Below are positions 1-16,044 of a stretch of 64,000 nucleotides of DNA, in pieces (position 1 is the first letter of the stretch; each line of letters opens with the position of its first letter). The DNA is taken from the NCBI RefSeq assembly GCF_009914755.1, contig NC_060934.1. The stretch is one strand, 5' to 3'. A model generated the notes under the pieces. That model was not told where the DNA came from and ran no database searches. It saw only the letters and a program-made list of their open reading frames with translations. A program made the position numbers and the translations under genes. This DNA comes from the human T2T-CHM13v2.0 reference genome, Homo sapiens.

Positions 1-119
1 CTTGCAGTGAGCCAAGATCGTGCCACTGCACTCCAGCCTGGGTGACAGAGCGAGACTCCGTCTCAAAAAAAAAAAAATTATATATATATAGATATATGTA
101 TATATCTCTGAAACAAGAG

Positions 120-977
<858 letters not shown>

Positions 978-1993
978 TTAATTTAAGCTTAGCGGATTTA
1001 CTTCTGGTTTTGATCCCTCTCCAGTTTGGGTGCTTTAATTTTATTTATTTATTTATTTAGAGGTGGAGTCTCGCTCTGCTCTCTGCTAATTTTTGTATTT
1101 TTAGTAGAGATGGGGTTTCACAATGTTGGCCAGGCTGGTCTTGAATTCCTGACCTCAAGTGATCTACCCACCTTGTCCTCCCAAAGTGCTGGGATTACAG
1201 ACGTGAGCCCCTGCGCCTGGCCCATTTGGGGTACTTTTAGATGCAGACGGTGGTTTGGGAACTTGCAGCTCCATATGGTATAGTGGGGAGAGCATGCCAC
1301 AAGGTTTTCAGGTAATATGAGGTTTTCTCCTCATATTCTCTTACTACACTTCAATTCCTAACTTTATCTTCCAGCCTAATAATTTCTCTCTTGCACTACT
1401 GTCTTATGGTTTCAACTGTGAAAGGTAATTTCCAGTCTCGGTGTCACAGATACTCCAGTTTAACCTCTGATTATATCTTATGTATTCTTTCTTCCTTCCT
1501 TTTGTTTCTCCCTTCCCTGCTCTGTCTTTTATAGGGCAGGGGTTAGGGAACGTCTCATTGCCCCTTTTGTTTTTCTTTTTCCTCATTGCCTCTTTTTAAA
1601 ATGATCTTTTTTTTATTTTTAAAAGATTATATATTGGCCAGGCACGGTGGCTCATGCCTGTAATGCCAACACTCTGGGAGGCCAAGGTGGGAGGATTGCT
1701 TGAGGCCAGGAGTTCGAGACCCCATCTCTATTTAAAAATACACACACACGTGTGTATGTGTGTGTATAAAGATTATGTAAGCAGCCTATTAATAAGTTCC
1801 TATATAAAATTTTAAACACTATGCACCAAAGCCTTTTAGTCCCTCTTCCCCACCCTTCACCCCATTGCCCTCCTCACCACCCTCCTTGCCCTCCATCCCA
1901 CTGCCATCTTGGGGACCTCTGTTTCTTAGGTTATTGGTCTGTTTGTGTATTCCATTCCCTGTTGAGTTAATTTTTGTATTAATATCTTTATAG

Positions 1994-2219
<226 letters not shown>

Positions 2220-4102
2220 TGAACTCCCGACCTCAAGGCCGAACTGCCTTGGCCTCCCAAAGTGCTGGGATTACAGGCGTGAGCCACCACGCCTGGTCCA
2301 TACAGTTATTCTTGATTTTCAGATTTATTCTTATAAAATTATGCCTAATGAGAATATCCCTCTCATAAAGTTAGTGTGAAGATTAAGGAATTTAACATAT
2401 GAAGTATGTAGAACAGTGCCTGGCCTATAGAGCTCTAAGTGTTAACTATTATTTAATATTATTATGCTTGAATATTTATAATTATTTTTGGTAGGCCTCC
2501 TTGTACTTCGTATTATTTATTTGTTCTTTATTTTTGTGCTTAGACTTCCTAGGGATATTGAACTTTCTAGATAATTTCATGGGTCTTTTCAAAGAGCCAG
2601 CATTTTGGTTTTATAAATTAACTCCACTTTTTTGTTATATATTTAATAATTTTTGCTTTTAACATACTACCTTTTCTTCCTGCCTTTGGTACCCATTCTT
2701 CCATCTCGGTTACACATAATATTCTTCTATTTTTAAACATTTTTCTGTTGTTTCTGAGGATTTAGGAGCAGTAGGAACACATTTGTTTATTCTCCCAGCC
2801 TTAGTTAGAGCTGCTTGTATATTTTCAAAAGCTTCTTGCACCTCTGTCTCCTGATGGTCTGTAATTTTTCCAGCAACCCAGGATTTAAATCTGGGAACCA
2901 CCTATGACAACTGCATCTCTGCTTTCTATCAGATCTAGAAGTTGCTAAATTTTATCAGCCCCCCCTCTATAATAGTTTTCTTCCACTTCCCTATTCTCAT
3001 TGCCTCTTGGTTGGGATGGTTACTTCTTGTGTGAACTACTGTAATTACCCTTTGGCTTATCTACCTCACCCTGTCCCTTTCATCCCATGTAATGCTTCAA
3101 GAGTGATTTTTCTAAACCATGGTGCACTCACTTCTTTGCTCTGAAACCTCCAGTGATTTCTCCTTGTCTGCTGAGTAAAGTTCAGGCTACTTTACACTAG
3201 CATTTGAGAATCTTATGAATTAATTCCTGCCTACACTTAATCATTCTTTATTCCTTTGTTCTTTAGGAAAAATCGTAATTGGTAAGATAAACCAAATATA
3301 AAACTATATAGTAATGCTGTTTTTCAGTCTTACTGATCTCACTCTATTCCTTATCTTTACCATGCTTTTCTGACTTTGTGCTTTTGCCTCTGGATTTCCC
3401 AGTCTGGAATGCCTCTCTCACATCCTAGTATGTTGAAATCTGTCCATTATTCAAGTGTGAGCTTAGATGCCAACACTTTGATGAAGGCTTATCTGATCCC
3501 ATTGCCTAGAATTAATCTTCTCTTCCCATGTCTTTGGATTTGAACTGCAGCTTCTGTGCTCTGTTACTAGTCATTCCATTTTCGATAGTCTACCAGTAAC
3601 TTCTGTGCCTTAGATCCACATTTACACTGGCTTGTCAGGATTGGTCAGTGAATCAAATAGGTAGTAAGTATAAGCTTCTAGAACTACACTCTCCGATATG
3701 GTTGTCATTAGCCACTTGTATTTTGACTACTGAGTAGCCACATATGGTTAGTGGCTACTTTATTGAGTAACATAGAGACTTTCATGATTGCAGAAAGTTA
3801 TTTTGAGCAGTATCTAGAACAATGCCTGGCAAATAATAGACACCAGGGAATGTTGTTCCTAGGTATCACATCCTCATAGTAGACACTCAGTAAATATTAG
3901 TTTAACTTTCCTTTCCTCATCTGAATTTTATTAGCGTTTACCTGTGCCATTTAAAAAGTAACAGTTTATGGCAGCTAACACAGTGTATGAACAATAAATA
4001 TATTTTGGGTGAGTAAGTAAATACTACGAAGCATCCAGAAAGCATCTTGCTCTCTTTTGGGGTGGGGAGAGTAGGGGAGTGGAAGTTAAAAAAAATTCAC
4101 TA

Positions 4103-4411
<309 letters not shown>

Positions 4412-6239
4412 TCAATAAGTGAATATTTCCAGGATGCTTAAATTAAACAGGGTAGACTAAGCAGCTAAATAAAGGTGGTCTTATCTACTGCTTTTCAAAT
4501 TTAGTGTACGCGCATGTCACCTGGGGGTCTTGTTAGAAGATTCTAATTCAGCACGGTCTGGGATTCTGCATTTCTAGCCAGCTTGCAAGCTAGCCAGCTC
4601 TGCCCAGTGAGGGTGTAATTCACTAGATTGGCTACTTAAACCCATTTTAACATTTCCTAGTCTTTAGAACTAGTCCTTTAATTTAGCTCAAAGTTTTGTT
4701 GTTGTTGTTGTTGTTTTGAGACAGGGTCTTGCTCTGTTGCCCAGGCTGGAGTGCAGTGGCATGATCATGACTCACCACAGCCTTGAACTCCTGGGCTCAA
4801 GTGATCCTCCTGCCTCAGCCTCCTAAAGTGCTGAGATGGATTACAGGCATGAGCCACCACACCTGGCCTAAAGTTCTCCTTTTTGAGGTGATAATTTTTA
4901 AAGACAGCCCTTATATGTTCAGGAAATATAAGCCTGTTTTTACATAAAGTAGGTGCATTGTTCAGTACCAATATGAGAAAGAATTATGAATACAGCTTTA
5001 TATTATTAGATTTCTTATGTCATAATATAAAAAACCGGTAAACTTAGCGCTGAACTATTCATGATAGTTGAAAGTTTTAAGCTAATTCAAAATATGAAAT
5101 AAACCAGAAATATTTTGGAAAGAAGAGGTTTTAAGTATATTCAGGTCCTCCATTTTATGATGTGAGTCTAAATTTCTGTTCTCTGATGTCTAGAAATCAC
5201 AAAAGGATGGTGATTTTGGGAACGAAGTTCTTGAGCTAGCACTGTCAGTAGTAACTGGCCGTTACTGTAAGATCTAGAGATATATTTTTAGATGCCATTA
5301 TACTTACAAAGAACTGTTAGAGTGCATTTTATGGTTTTATGGTTGGTTTAATTCCCCAAATATATTGCCCTTAGCAAGTTATTACTATTTTTTATTTCTT
5401 AAATTTATTTATTGAACATTTTTATTCCTTTGCTTAGAAATGTGCTAGACAGTGGCAATTACATTGCTGCAAGATAAGTAAAAAAATCAGCTGACTAAGC
5501 TTTATAAGAGGAGGAATCATGTCTCTTTTATTTACCGTTGGATAGTCACTACATGGCACATAACCAAGTCATCATTAAGTCATTTTTGAGTGAACATTGC
5601 TCAAGATCTGCAAAGCAGCTGTGATGTGTGCGGGGTGTACTGGAAGTTGAACGGGACTCCTCAAGCAGCCTAATGAGTTGGGATTGAGGATTGCATACAC
5701 AAGGGAACTCGCAGATCAAGTCCTGAAGAGAACATTGTAGTTACTCTGGCAAAGAACAACGAAGACACAAAAGCTGTGCAGAGTAATGGAAGCCTGGAAG
5801 GAGTGCCTGTGAAGGGAGAGCGGCTGCACTGACTTTGGTAGAGTTGGAGCATCATAAGGGTATGGAGGAGAGGGGAGGAGAGTAGTAGAGGTCTCAGCAG
5901 TTGTCAGATGACAAAAAGTCTTGCGTTACTAATTTTATCGTATGAAATGAGGATATTTTTTAGGTTTTTAAGCAGAGAGAATGGCAAGGTCATTTGGTTT
6001 TAGAAGTTAGTCCGAGCTAGGCATGGTGACAGATGCCTGTACTGGACAAGCTGAGGCAGGAGGATGGCTTGAGCCCAGGAGCTGGAAGCTGCAGTGAGCA
6101 GTGATCACATCACTGCAGTCCAGCCTGGGCAACAGAGCAAGACCTTGCCTTTAAAAAAGAAAAGTCTGAAATACCCCTCACAACTGTTAAAAAAAAAAAA
6201 AAGTTCTTTCAAGCACACGTGGAGTGTTTTATGAAAGTG

Positions 6240-7356
6240 ACCATTTACTAGGCTATACAGCAAGTTCTTATACATTTCAAATAAAATCAACCATGTTTTC
6301 TGGCGAGAAAGCATGTAGGAAGTGAATAACAAACTGTACACATTGGGAAATTTAAAAACACACTTCTGTAAATCCCACAGATTAAATATAAAATAATCAA
6401 TTTAGTGAACACCTAGAACAAAACAATAGAGAAAATAACAGCCTGAGCAAAATAGTGAGACCCTGCGTCTACAAAAAAAAATAAAAATTAGCCCGGCACA
6501 GTGGTGTCCCCCTGTAGCCCCTACTCAGAAAGCTGAGATGGGAGGATTACTTGAGCCTGCAAAGTTGAGTCTGCAGTGAGCCATGATAACACCATTACAC
6601 TCTAGCCTGGACTACAGAGCGCAAGACCTTATTTCAAAGAAAAAGAAACTTAGGACATATTAAAACGTGTGTGAAACCCTGAAGCCTTAAATATTCATAT
6701 TTGAAAAGAAGATTTTAATACTAATAAGCTAATCTAAGTTAGGGAAAGAGCATGGCAGTAAATTCAAGTGAAGTAAAATAGAGAATACAGATAAAAGCTA
6801 ACAATTCTAGAGTTCTTACTCTATTCCAAGCACCGTTCCATGTTCTTTACAAAGGTTATCTCATTTAATCTTCACAAAGCCATATGAGGAGGGTATTGTT
6901 ATTATGTGCACTTTACACAAGAGGAAACTTAGGCACAGAGAGAAACTTATCCAAGCCTCTAGCTAATAAATGTGATAGAATTGGGGCTTGAAATGATGAA
7001 TTTTTTAAAAAAAGATACATTGAAGAGGATTAACAGAGCTGAAAGTTGTTTTTTATGAAAGGCTAATAAACTATTTGAAAGATTGATCAAGAAAAAATAT
7101 AAAGTACAAATAATACTGAGGATATAAAAGGAAGATACAGAAGAAAGTCTTAAAAATAAAATATCTTGAATCACTTTATACCAATAAATTTTACAATTTA
7201 AACGTCAATTTTCTAGAAAATTATAACAATGAAAATTGACACAGAGTAAATAGAAAACCTGGATATTTCTGTAACTGTTAGAGAAATTGGATTTGTAATT
7301 AAAAGAACCACCCACTTTCATATATTCAGAGATAAGCCTTTGGCCCAGATGATCTT
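6240..7356 (+). mobile_element. Old L1M ORF2 fragment (left half, split by RPAP2P1; contains Alu and MIR insertions)
   Basis: A-rich L1-like sequence ending GGCCCAGATG and resuming GGTGAATTC...TACCAAAACCAAG at ~10497-10625. Confidence 0.7.
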
Positions 7357-7616
7357 TTTTTCTAAGAAAAAAAAAAACAGGCCTCTTCAGAGACTTCATT
7401 TATTATATGAAGAATTAGTGAAAACTTTGTCCCACCATTTTAGGCTATTTTTACATTAGAAAAAATACTGCACATTTATGAAAATTTACTAGGGGCAAAT
7501 TTCAACTTATCTGTAAAATAGTAATGCCAACTGTGGAGATGGCACTGTAAACCAAAAGGCACAATGACTAAAGAAACTACTGAAAATTTAACAATTATCT
7601 CTTCATTATCCTTCCT

Positions 7617-8682
7617 TATTGGGGAACCTGCCCCGATAGTCATGTAGGTTCTTTTCTATTTTCCGTAAGTGTTGGCTGGTTAGAGAAATAAAGGGACAGA
7701 GTACAAAAGAGAGAAATTTTAAAGCTGGGCGTCCGGGGGAGACATCACATGTCGGTAGATTCCGTGATGCCCCACAAGCCGTGAAACCAGCAATTTTTTA
7801 TTAGTGATTTTCAAAAGGGGAGGGAGTGTGCAAATAGGTGTGGGTCACAGAGATCACGTGCTTCACAAGGTAATAGAATATCACAAGGCAAATGGAGGCA
7901 GGGCGAGATCACAGGACCACAGGACGGGGCGAAATTAAAATTGCTAATGAAGTTTCGGGCACCATTGTCATTGATAACATCTTATCAGGAGACAGGGTTT
8001 GAGAGCAACCAGTCTGACCAAAATTTATTAGGCGGGAATTTCCTTGTCCTAATAAGCCTGGGAGCGCTATGGGAGACTAGGGCTTATTTCATCCCTACAG
8101 TCTCGACCATAGAAGACGGCCACACCCAAGGGGACCATTTCAGAGGCCCACCCTCAGGGGCACATTCTCTTTCCCAGGGATGTTCCTTGCTGAGAAAAAG
8201 AATTCAGCAATATTTCTCCTATTTGCTTTTGAAAGAAGAGCAATATGGCTCTGTTCCGCCCGGCTCACCGGCGGTCAGAGTTTAAGGTTCTCTCTCTTAT
8301 TCCCTGAACATTGCTGTTACCCTGTTCTTTTTTCAAGGTGCCCAGATTTCATATTGTTCAAACACACGTGCTCTACAATTTGTGCAGTTAACGCAATTAT
8401 TACAGGGTCCTGAGGTGACATACATCCTCCTCAGCTGACAGGATTAAGAGATTAAAGTAAAGACAAGCATAGGAAATCACAAGGGTATTGATTGAGGAAG
8501 TGATAAGTGTCCATGAAATCTTCACAATTTGTGTTTAGAGACTGCAGTAAAGACAGGCATAAGAAATTACAAAAGTATTAATTTGGGGAACTAATAAATG
8601 TCCATGAAATCTTCACAATCCATGTTCTTCTGCCATGGCTTTAGCCAGTCCCTCCGTTTGGGGTCCCTGACTTCCCGCAACA
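7617..8682 (-). mobile_element. MER11-family (HERV-K11/HML-8) solo LTR
   Basis: Minus strand begins TGTTGCGGGAAGTCAGGGACCCC and ends GCAGGTTCCCCAATA; perfect 6-bp TSD CTTCCT (7611-7616, 8683-8688). Confidence 0.9.
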
Positions 8683-9571
8683 CTTCCTGCTCCAAGATTT
8701 GCTATGATGAGTTTTCCAAATGTTAACGACCTGGAAAAGCTCATTGTCTTTAAGACGTATCCCTTCTGAGTCTTGTGATTTGGTGGTTTCTTCATCCAAA
8801 ACGTATCATCCTCTATAAAACTCCCTGATCCTCAGATTTAACTTTTCAGTTTCTTTTTCCAAGTTCTCATCAGTGGTTTAATGGCTGTATCTGAGCACCT
8901 AAAAGGTAAAGACTCTTCCAAGCTGTTGAGACTCCCTCCAGGCAGGGGAATGACTATCTGGGTCTGAGATTATGTCATTAAGTTCTTTTTTTTTCTTTTT
9001 CTTTTTTTTTTTTTTTCTTTTTGAGACAGAGTCTCCCTCTGTTGCCCAGGCTGGGATGCAGTGGTGCAACCTCCACTCCCTGCAACCTCAGCTGCTTGGG
9101 TTCAAGCAGTTCTCCTCAGCCTCCCAAGTAGCTGGGATTACAGGCACCTGCCTCCACGCCCAGCTAATTATTGTATTTTTAGTAGAGACAGGGTTTCACA
9201 TCAGGTCTCGAACTCCTGACATCAGGTGATCAACCTGCTGGGATTACAGGCGTGAGCCACCACACCCTGCGTCGCTAAGTTTTTTAACCAGAGAGGCTTC
9301 AGGTTTCAGACACACAGAAGCATAATTCTGGCCATACAAAAACCTCAGTTTCTTCTGTCTTCCACCCAATCAAAGTCTCCTTCAAAACTTTAAGTAAGTT
9401 TCTATTTGCCACTTCAGGACACACCTGCACTGAACTAGACACTGACTTAGAAACTTGGTTTGATTTGGCAAATTTTCTGTTAAAATGCTCCATACTTTTC
9501 TTATGCCTATTAGAGTTATTTCTGACCTACTGTATTTACTTTCAGAATTTTCTGAAGCTATAATCTTTCAG

Positions 9572-9662
9572 GAAATAGTACTATTTTTTGAAATAGTATT
9601 TCTATTTTTTGAAAATAGTATTTCTATTTTTTGAAATAGTACTTTTCAAAAAAGTACTATTT
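9572..9662. repeat. Palindromic tandem mini-array built on AAATAGTACTATTT
   Basis: Four related 18-30 bp units, ending in inverted arms AAATAGTACTTT / AAAGTACTATTT. Confidence 0.85.
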
Positions 9663-10084
9663 GAAGAACTCTTGAGTATTTACTTTCTGTAAAGGAAGTT
9701 CACATGTGGCAGCTTTCTCCTGAGTATCTAATTTGCAATTGCCTAACTGCTCAGTGACATCCACTACTGTCTGTTCTTTGTGTTTGGCATTAGCTTTGAG
9801 ACCAGCTTTCTTTTTCATTATGCTTTTTTGGTGCAGCTGTCGTCTAATACTTGTTGAATTTGGTCTGTTTCCTGGTAGAATGGAGGAAACAAAGTCTTGC
9901 TCATTATCACTGCTGCTGTCATTATGAGTGCTGGAAGAACAATTGCTAGAAGATTCATATTGCTTTTCAAACTGGCTAGGATTGTTGATATCTGATGTTT
10001 TAATGGCTTTACTGCATAACTATTTCTTTTCCAGAATGGCCACTTTGCCCTTCCTTTAGCAGTTGAAAATCTGGATGCCTCTCA

Positions 10085-10198
<114 letters not shown>

Positions 10199-10477
10199 TT
10201 ATATTTAATTCCCAGCTTCTTGTGACATAAAGGATAACCACAGAGTTTGACAATAGAATGTTCATTCACTACATCGTTGTAGTGAGCAGGTGTAATGAAC
10301 TTCCCCTTTTAGAAGCATCTTCTTGTTTCAAAGTACTTGTCTGTTTAGTACCTGTGGCATTTTGAGAATGGTGGGAGCCCTGGCCCTCTGCAGCCCAGGG
10401 CAGTCAGCCATGGGAGAGAGTAGTCTGCGGGTCTGGACCAGCTCCAGAGTCTCGCCCCGAGGCACCATCTCCCTACC

Positions 10478-10715
10478 TGGCCCACGTTATCTTAAGGGTG
10501 AATTCTTTTAAACTGTCCATGTCGTAGGTATGTCCAGATTTACACATGCCATTCCAGAGAATAGCAAATTAAGGAAAGTTCCTCAGTTTATTGTGACTAG
10601 TATAACTTTGGTACCAAAACCAAGCATGGCTAATATGAAATAAATTATAGACCAGTCTTGCTTGTGTAAAATCTAACAAGATAGGAGCAAAAGAAGTCCA
10701 GTATTATGTTTAAAT
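10478..10715 (+). mobile_element. Old L1M ORF2 fragment (right half)
   Basis: Continuation of the L1 ORF2 consensus after the TSD. Confidence 0.65.
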
Positions 10716-10752
10716 ATTTTATATGTATATATCTCATGTCTACAATGCTGAC

Positions 10753-11475
10753 TGTAATACAGTTCTGACAGAGTTAGCATGAAACTCCACAGGTTTAAGG
10801 GTGCAGTTCCCAACGAGACTGCCCTTGCTGCGAGTACAAGTTAAAAGTTTGGTGGTCCCCAGACCACCTGTTATTCCGATTAACTGGCTGCAAATCTGGG
10901 GGTTCCCATGAATCCCCTCAAGTTTGATAATTTATAAATTAACTGACTGAACTTGGGAAAGTGGTATACTTAAGTTACACTTTAATTATGAAGAATACAG
11001 ATCAGGACCAGCCAAATGAGATACAGGGTACTGGGAGGGTTCCTAACATGGAGCTTCTGTGCTCTCTTCTCCTGGGATCAGGGTATGTCACCCTCTTGAC
11101 ACATCAGTATGCTCACCAATGAGGAAGCCTACCTGAGCTATGGTGTGTGTAGATTTTATATGTAGGTGTAATGGAATAATTGGCCATGTGATTGAACTCA
11201 AACTTTCAGTGTTCTCTCCTTTCTTCCTTAGAGGCTTGGCTAGCTCAAACCCCATCCTTCTACACATGGTGGCCTTTCTGGTGAGCAGACCCCATTCTGA
11301 GTCATCTTGTTAGCATAATCTCCCCCATTCTGAGTCAATTGTTAGCATAATCTCAGGAATGATCCATGAGGCTCGTGAGTAACAAAGGCATTCCTACTAC
11401 CAAGGAAATTCCATGAATTAGAGGTTCTCTCCCAAGAACTAGGGTCAAAGACTGAATACATTATTTATTATACAA
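10753..11475. mobile_element. ERV LTR, MER21-like
   Basis: MER21-like motifs (GACTGCCC, CTGGCTGCAAATCTGGGGGTTCCCATGA, CAGGACCAGCCAAATG); subfamily uncertain. Confidence 0.55.
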
Positions 11476-11514
11476 TAATGACAAATTGAAATTATCCCAG
11501 GAATGCAAGATAAG

Positions 11515-12140
11515 TGTGTTAATTATCATTGCTGCATAACAGTTTATCCCAAAACTTAATGACATGAAACCCTAATTTACAAGAATTCAGGAGTAGCCTA
11601 GCTGGATGTGGTTCTAATCTTTATGTTTCACAAGGTTGCAGTCAGGAAGTCAGCAGGGGCTACAGTCATCTGAAAGCCTGACTCGGGGAGAATACACTTC
11701 CATGTGGCATACTCACATGGTGGTTGGCAGGAGGCCTCAGTTCTTCACCCTATGGGCCTTCCCATAGGCTCGAGTATCCTCACACTGTGACAGCTGGCTT
11801 TCTCCAGATCTAGTGATCCAAAAAAAAAAAAAAAACAAGGAGAAAGCTGCAGTGCCTTTTAAGACCTAGTCATTACTTTATTCGTTTCTTTTTTTTTTAA
11901 ATTAAATTGAGATGGGGTCTTGCTATGTTGACCAGGCTGGTCTCAAACTCCTGGTCTCAAGCAGTCCTCCTGCCTGTTCCTCCCAAAGTGCTGTTATTAC
12001 AGGCAGAAGCCTGTAGTTTTTCCTGTATCCTGTTTGTTAGAAGAAGTCACTCAGTTTAACCTATACTCAAAGGAATTAGTTTCCACCTCTTAAAAAGAAG
12101 AGTATGAAAGAGTTTGTGGACATATTTAAAAACCACCACA
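11515..12140 (-). mobile_element. MLT1 (MaLR) LTR with an Alu monomer inside
   Basis: TTGCTGCATAACA...CCCAAAACTTAATG and GGACATATTTAAAAACCACCACA termini typical of MLT1. Confidence 0.7.
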
Positions 12141-12504
12141 GATGGTTTATTCAGTAAAGTTCTTAATATGAATTAGTATTAATTTATTAATTCATTTGCA
12201 CATTTTGAAGGAGAAAAACTCTGTGCTCATATCACTAGATGAAGCAAAAGCACTTGATGAAATTTAACTCCATGATGAAACCTCTCAGCAAACTAGGAAG
12301 GGAACTTCCTTAATGTGATAAAGACTTTCATTAAATTTATAATTAATTTAGGAACAGTTGACATACCTTATATTGAAGCTTTCTGTACGTAATATGATTC
12401 ATCTATTTGTTAAACTTATTATTTTGTTCTTCAGTATTTTAAAATTGTGTTTATATCAGTGTTTTACATTTGGAATTGCAAAATGATATAGTGAAAGATG
12501 AAGA

Positions 12505-13355
12505 CTGGAAGTCCTAGCTAGAGCAATTAGGCAAGAGAAGGAAATAAAGGGCATCTAAATTGGAAAGGAGGAAGTCGAATTGCCACGATCATATATATAT
12601 GTGGAAAACCCTAAAAACTTCACCATAAAACTTTTAGAACTGATAAATGAATTTAGTAAGGTTGCAGAGTACAAAATCAATATACAAAAATTAGTAGTGT
12701 TTCTATACACCAATAATGAACTAGCAGAAAAAGAAGAGAGTAATCCATTTACAAAAGCTACCAAAAAATGAAATACATTTGACCAAGGAGGTGAAAGATC
12801 TCTACAAGGAAAACTATAAAACACTGATGAAGGAAATTGAAGCGGGCACAAAATATGGAAAGACATCCATATTCAAGGATTTGAAGAATTAATACTGTGA
12901 AAATGACCATACTACCAAAAGCAAGCTATAGATTCAATGCAATCCCTATCAAAATACCAGTGACAGTCTTCATAGAAATAGAAAAAAAATCCTAAAATTA
13001 ATATAGGACCATAAAGGACTGCAAATGCCAAAGCGGTTCTGAGCCAAAAGGACAAAGCTAGAGGCATCACACTACCAGACTTCAAGATATACTGCAAAGC
13101 TGTAGTAACTGAAACAGCATGGTACTAGCATAAAACCAGACAGTAGACCAATTGAACAGAATAGAGAACCTAGAAATAAATCCACATATTTATAGCCAGC
13201 TGGCAAAGGCGCCAAGAACATGCTTTGGGGAAAAGACAGTCTTCAATAAATGGTGCTGGGAAAACTGGATATACATATGCAGAGTGAAACTGTACCCCTG
13301 TCTTTCACCATATACAAAAATAAACTCAAAATGGATTAAAGACTTAAATGTAAGA
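12505..13355 (+). mobile_element. L1 (L1MA-like) ORF2 fragment
   Basis: ORFs read KLLELINEFSKVAEYKINIQK and FNKWCWENW...LSPYTKINSKWIKDLNVR. Confidence 0.92.
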
Positions 13356-13413
13356 CAAAGGCACCAAAGACAAAGTGAATCATCTATTTTCTTTTATTAT
13401 TATTATTTTTTGA

Positions 13414-13524
<111 letters not shown>

Positions 13525-13552
13525 TAGCGCCCAGCTAAATACTGTATTTTCA

Positions 13553-14025
<473 letters not shown>

Positions 14026-14554
14026 TCAAGTTTATTTATTGCCGCATTGCTTATACTAAATTATTGGAAATGATCTAAAATGTCCATCAACATGGTTGTG
14101 CACTGTGGCATGCACCTGTAGTTGGGACTGCTCGGGAGGCCGAAGCAGTGCAATCTGATTGCACCTGTGAATAGCTCCTGCACTCCAGCCTGGACCAGCA
14201 TGGCAAGACCCTATCTCTAAGAAGAAAATGTTCATCAACGAGAATGAGCAAATATGACCATAAGATATTTATAGGATAAAACACTAGATAACAATGAAAA
14301 TGAATTAAGAAGAACTACAAGTATCTATCATGGAAATACTTCACAGTGTTATGTGAACAAAATTAAAGCATTATATATATAAAAACAGTAAAGTTTTTAT
14401 ATATCTGTAGAAAGTTTAACAATATGTAAGGCAATGCTATATGTTACTTAACAATCCTTTCTTTGAAATAAAAGGCAAGTTGATGTGTGTTTAAACTAGA
14501 AATCCCAGGAAAAAATCAGAAAGGTACCTGGGCTTAAAGAAAAATGCTAAACGG

Positions 14555-15207
<653 letters not shown>

Positions 15208-16044
15208 TAGAACTTCTTACAACACCCTAAACCAGTACATTTCAACCTGAAAAGATGTTGTAACGCAGAATAAAGAAAATAAAGTACAGATATTTCATTC
15301 CCAAGGCGGGGAACTCTTCTAGGTTCCCAAGTTCTTGAGCTTCACGTGCATACAGCAGGAATCTGTCATCTTGAGGGAGTTCTTTCTTAAACCTATGGGT
15401 TTGTAAGATTTTAGTTTTCTATGCTGTCCTTTTTTGGTCATGCTTGTCAGGGAAGAATTGTTAAAAATCTATTTTAACACCCTCTGCCCTTATTCAGGGC
15501 AGTTAGAGACTTAAATTTTACGTACACATACTACCTTTGAACCTTCAGTGTGTTGTTTATGTACTGAAAGATTGCAGTTGAATTTAGATCATGCTTTGAA
15601 GTTCCCTTTGTCAGACCACATTGTTTGTACCCAAAGAAAGACTTCATTTTCTTTTTGTCTGTAATTATTTCCATACTTATTTAACTTGGTATAACATGTG
15701 GTACTGTAAAAGCATAACCCAAGCCATTGTTTGCCTTAAGCAACATTTTAGACATTTTAGATTTGGGGATGTGGTGTTTACTTATACAAGCCTTTCTTAA
15801 GCCCTTTTAATTTATATCTCAAACTTGAGGATATCCATGAAAACAGCGGAAACTTTTTCCTCACCGGATCTTGACACAAGTCAGGGATGGAAGTGAGCAA
15901 AAGGAAGTGGTGTGGTTTTTATATCATTTCAGTTGTGTTGAGATAGGGAAATGGGATAGTTTATCCACTGTACTGCTCTTTTGGGAAAGTCTGGTTTGTA
16001 TATAAAAGTGAAAGGAATTGGCATAATGTTTTAATTTCTTCTGC

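Noticed and set aside
1739-1766. (CA)n/(TG)n self-complementary tract
   Set aside because: Short microsatellite at an Alu monomer tail; common
7941-8413. ORFs of 114 and 77 aa
   Set aside because: They lie inside the MER11 LTR on its antisense strand with no protein-family resemblance
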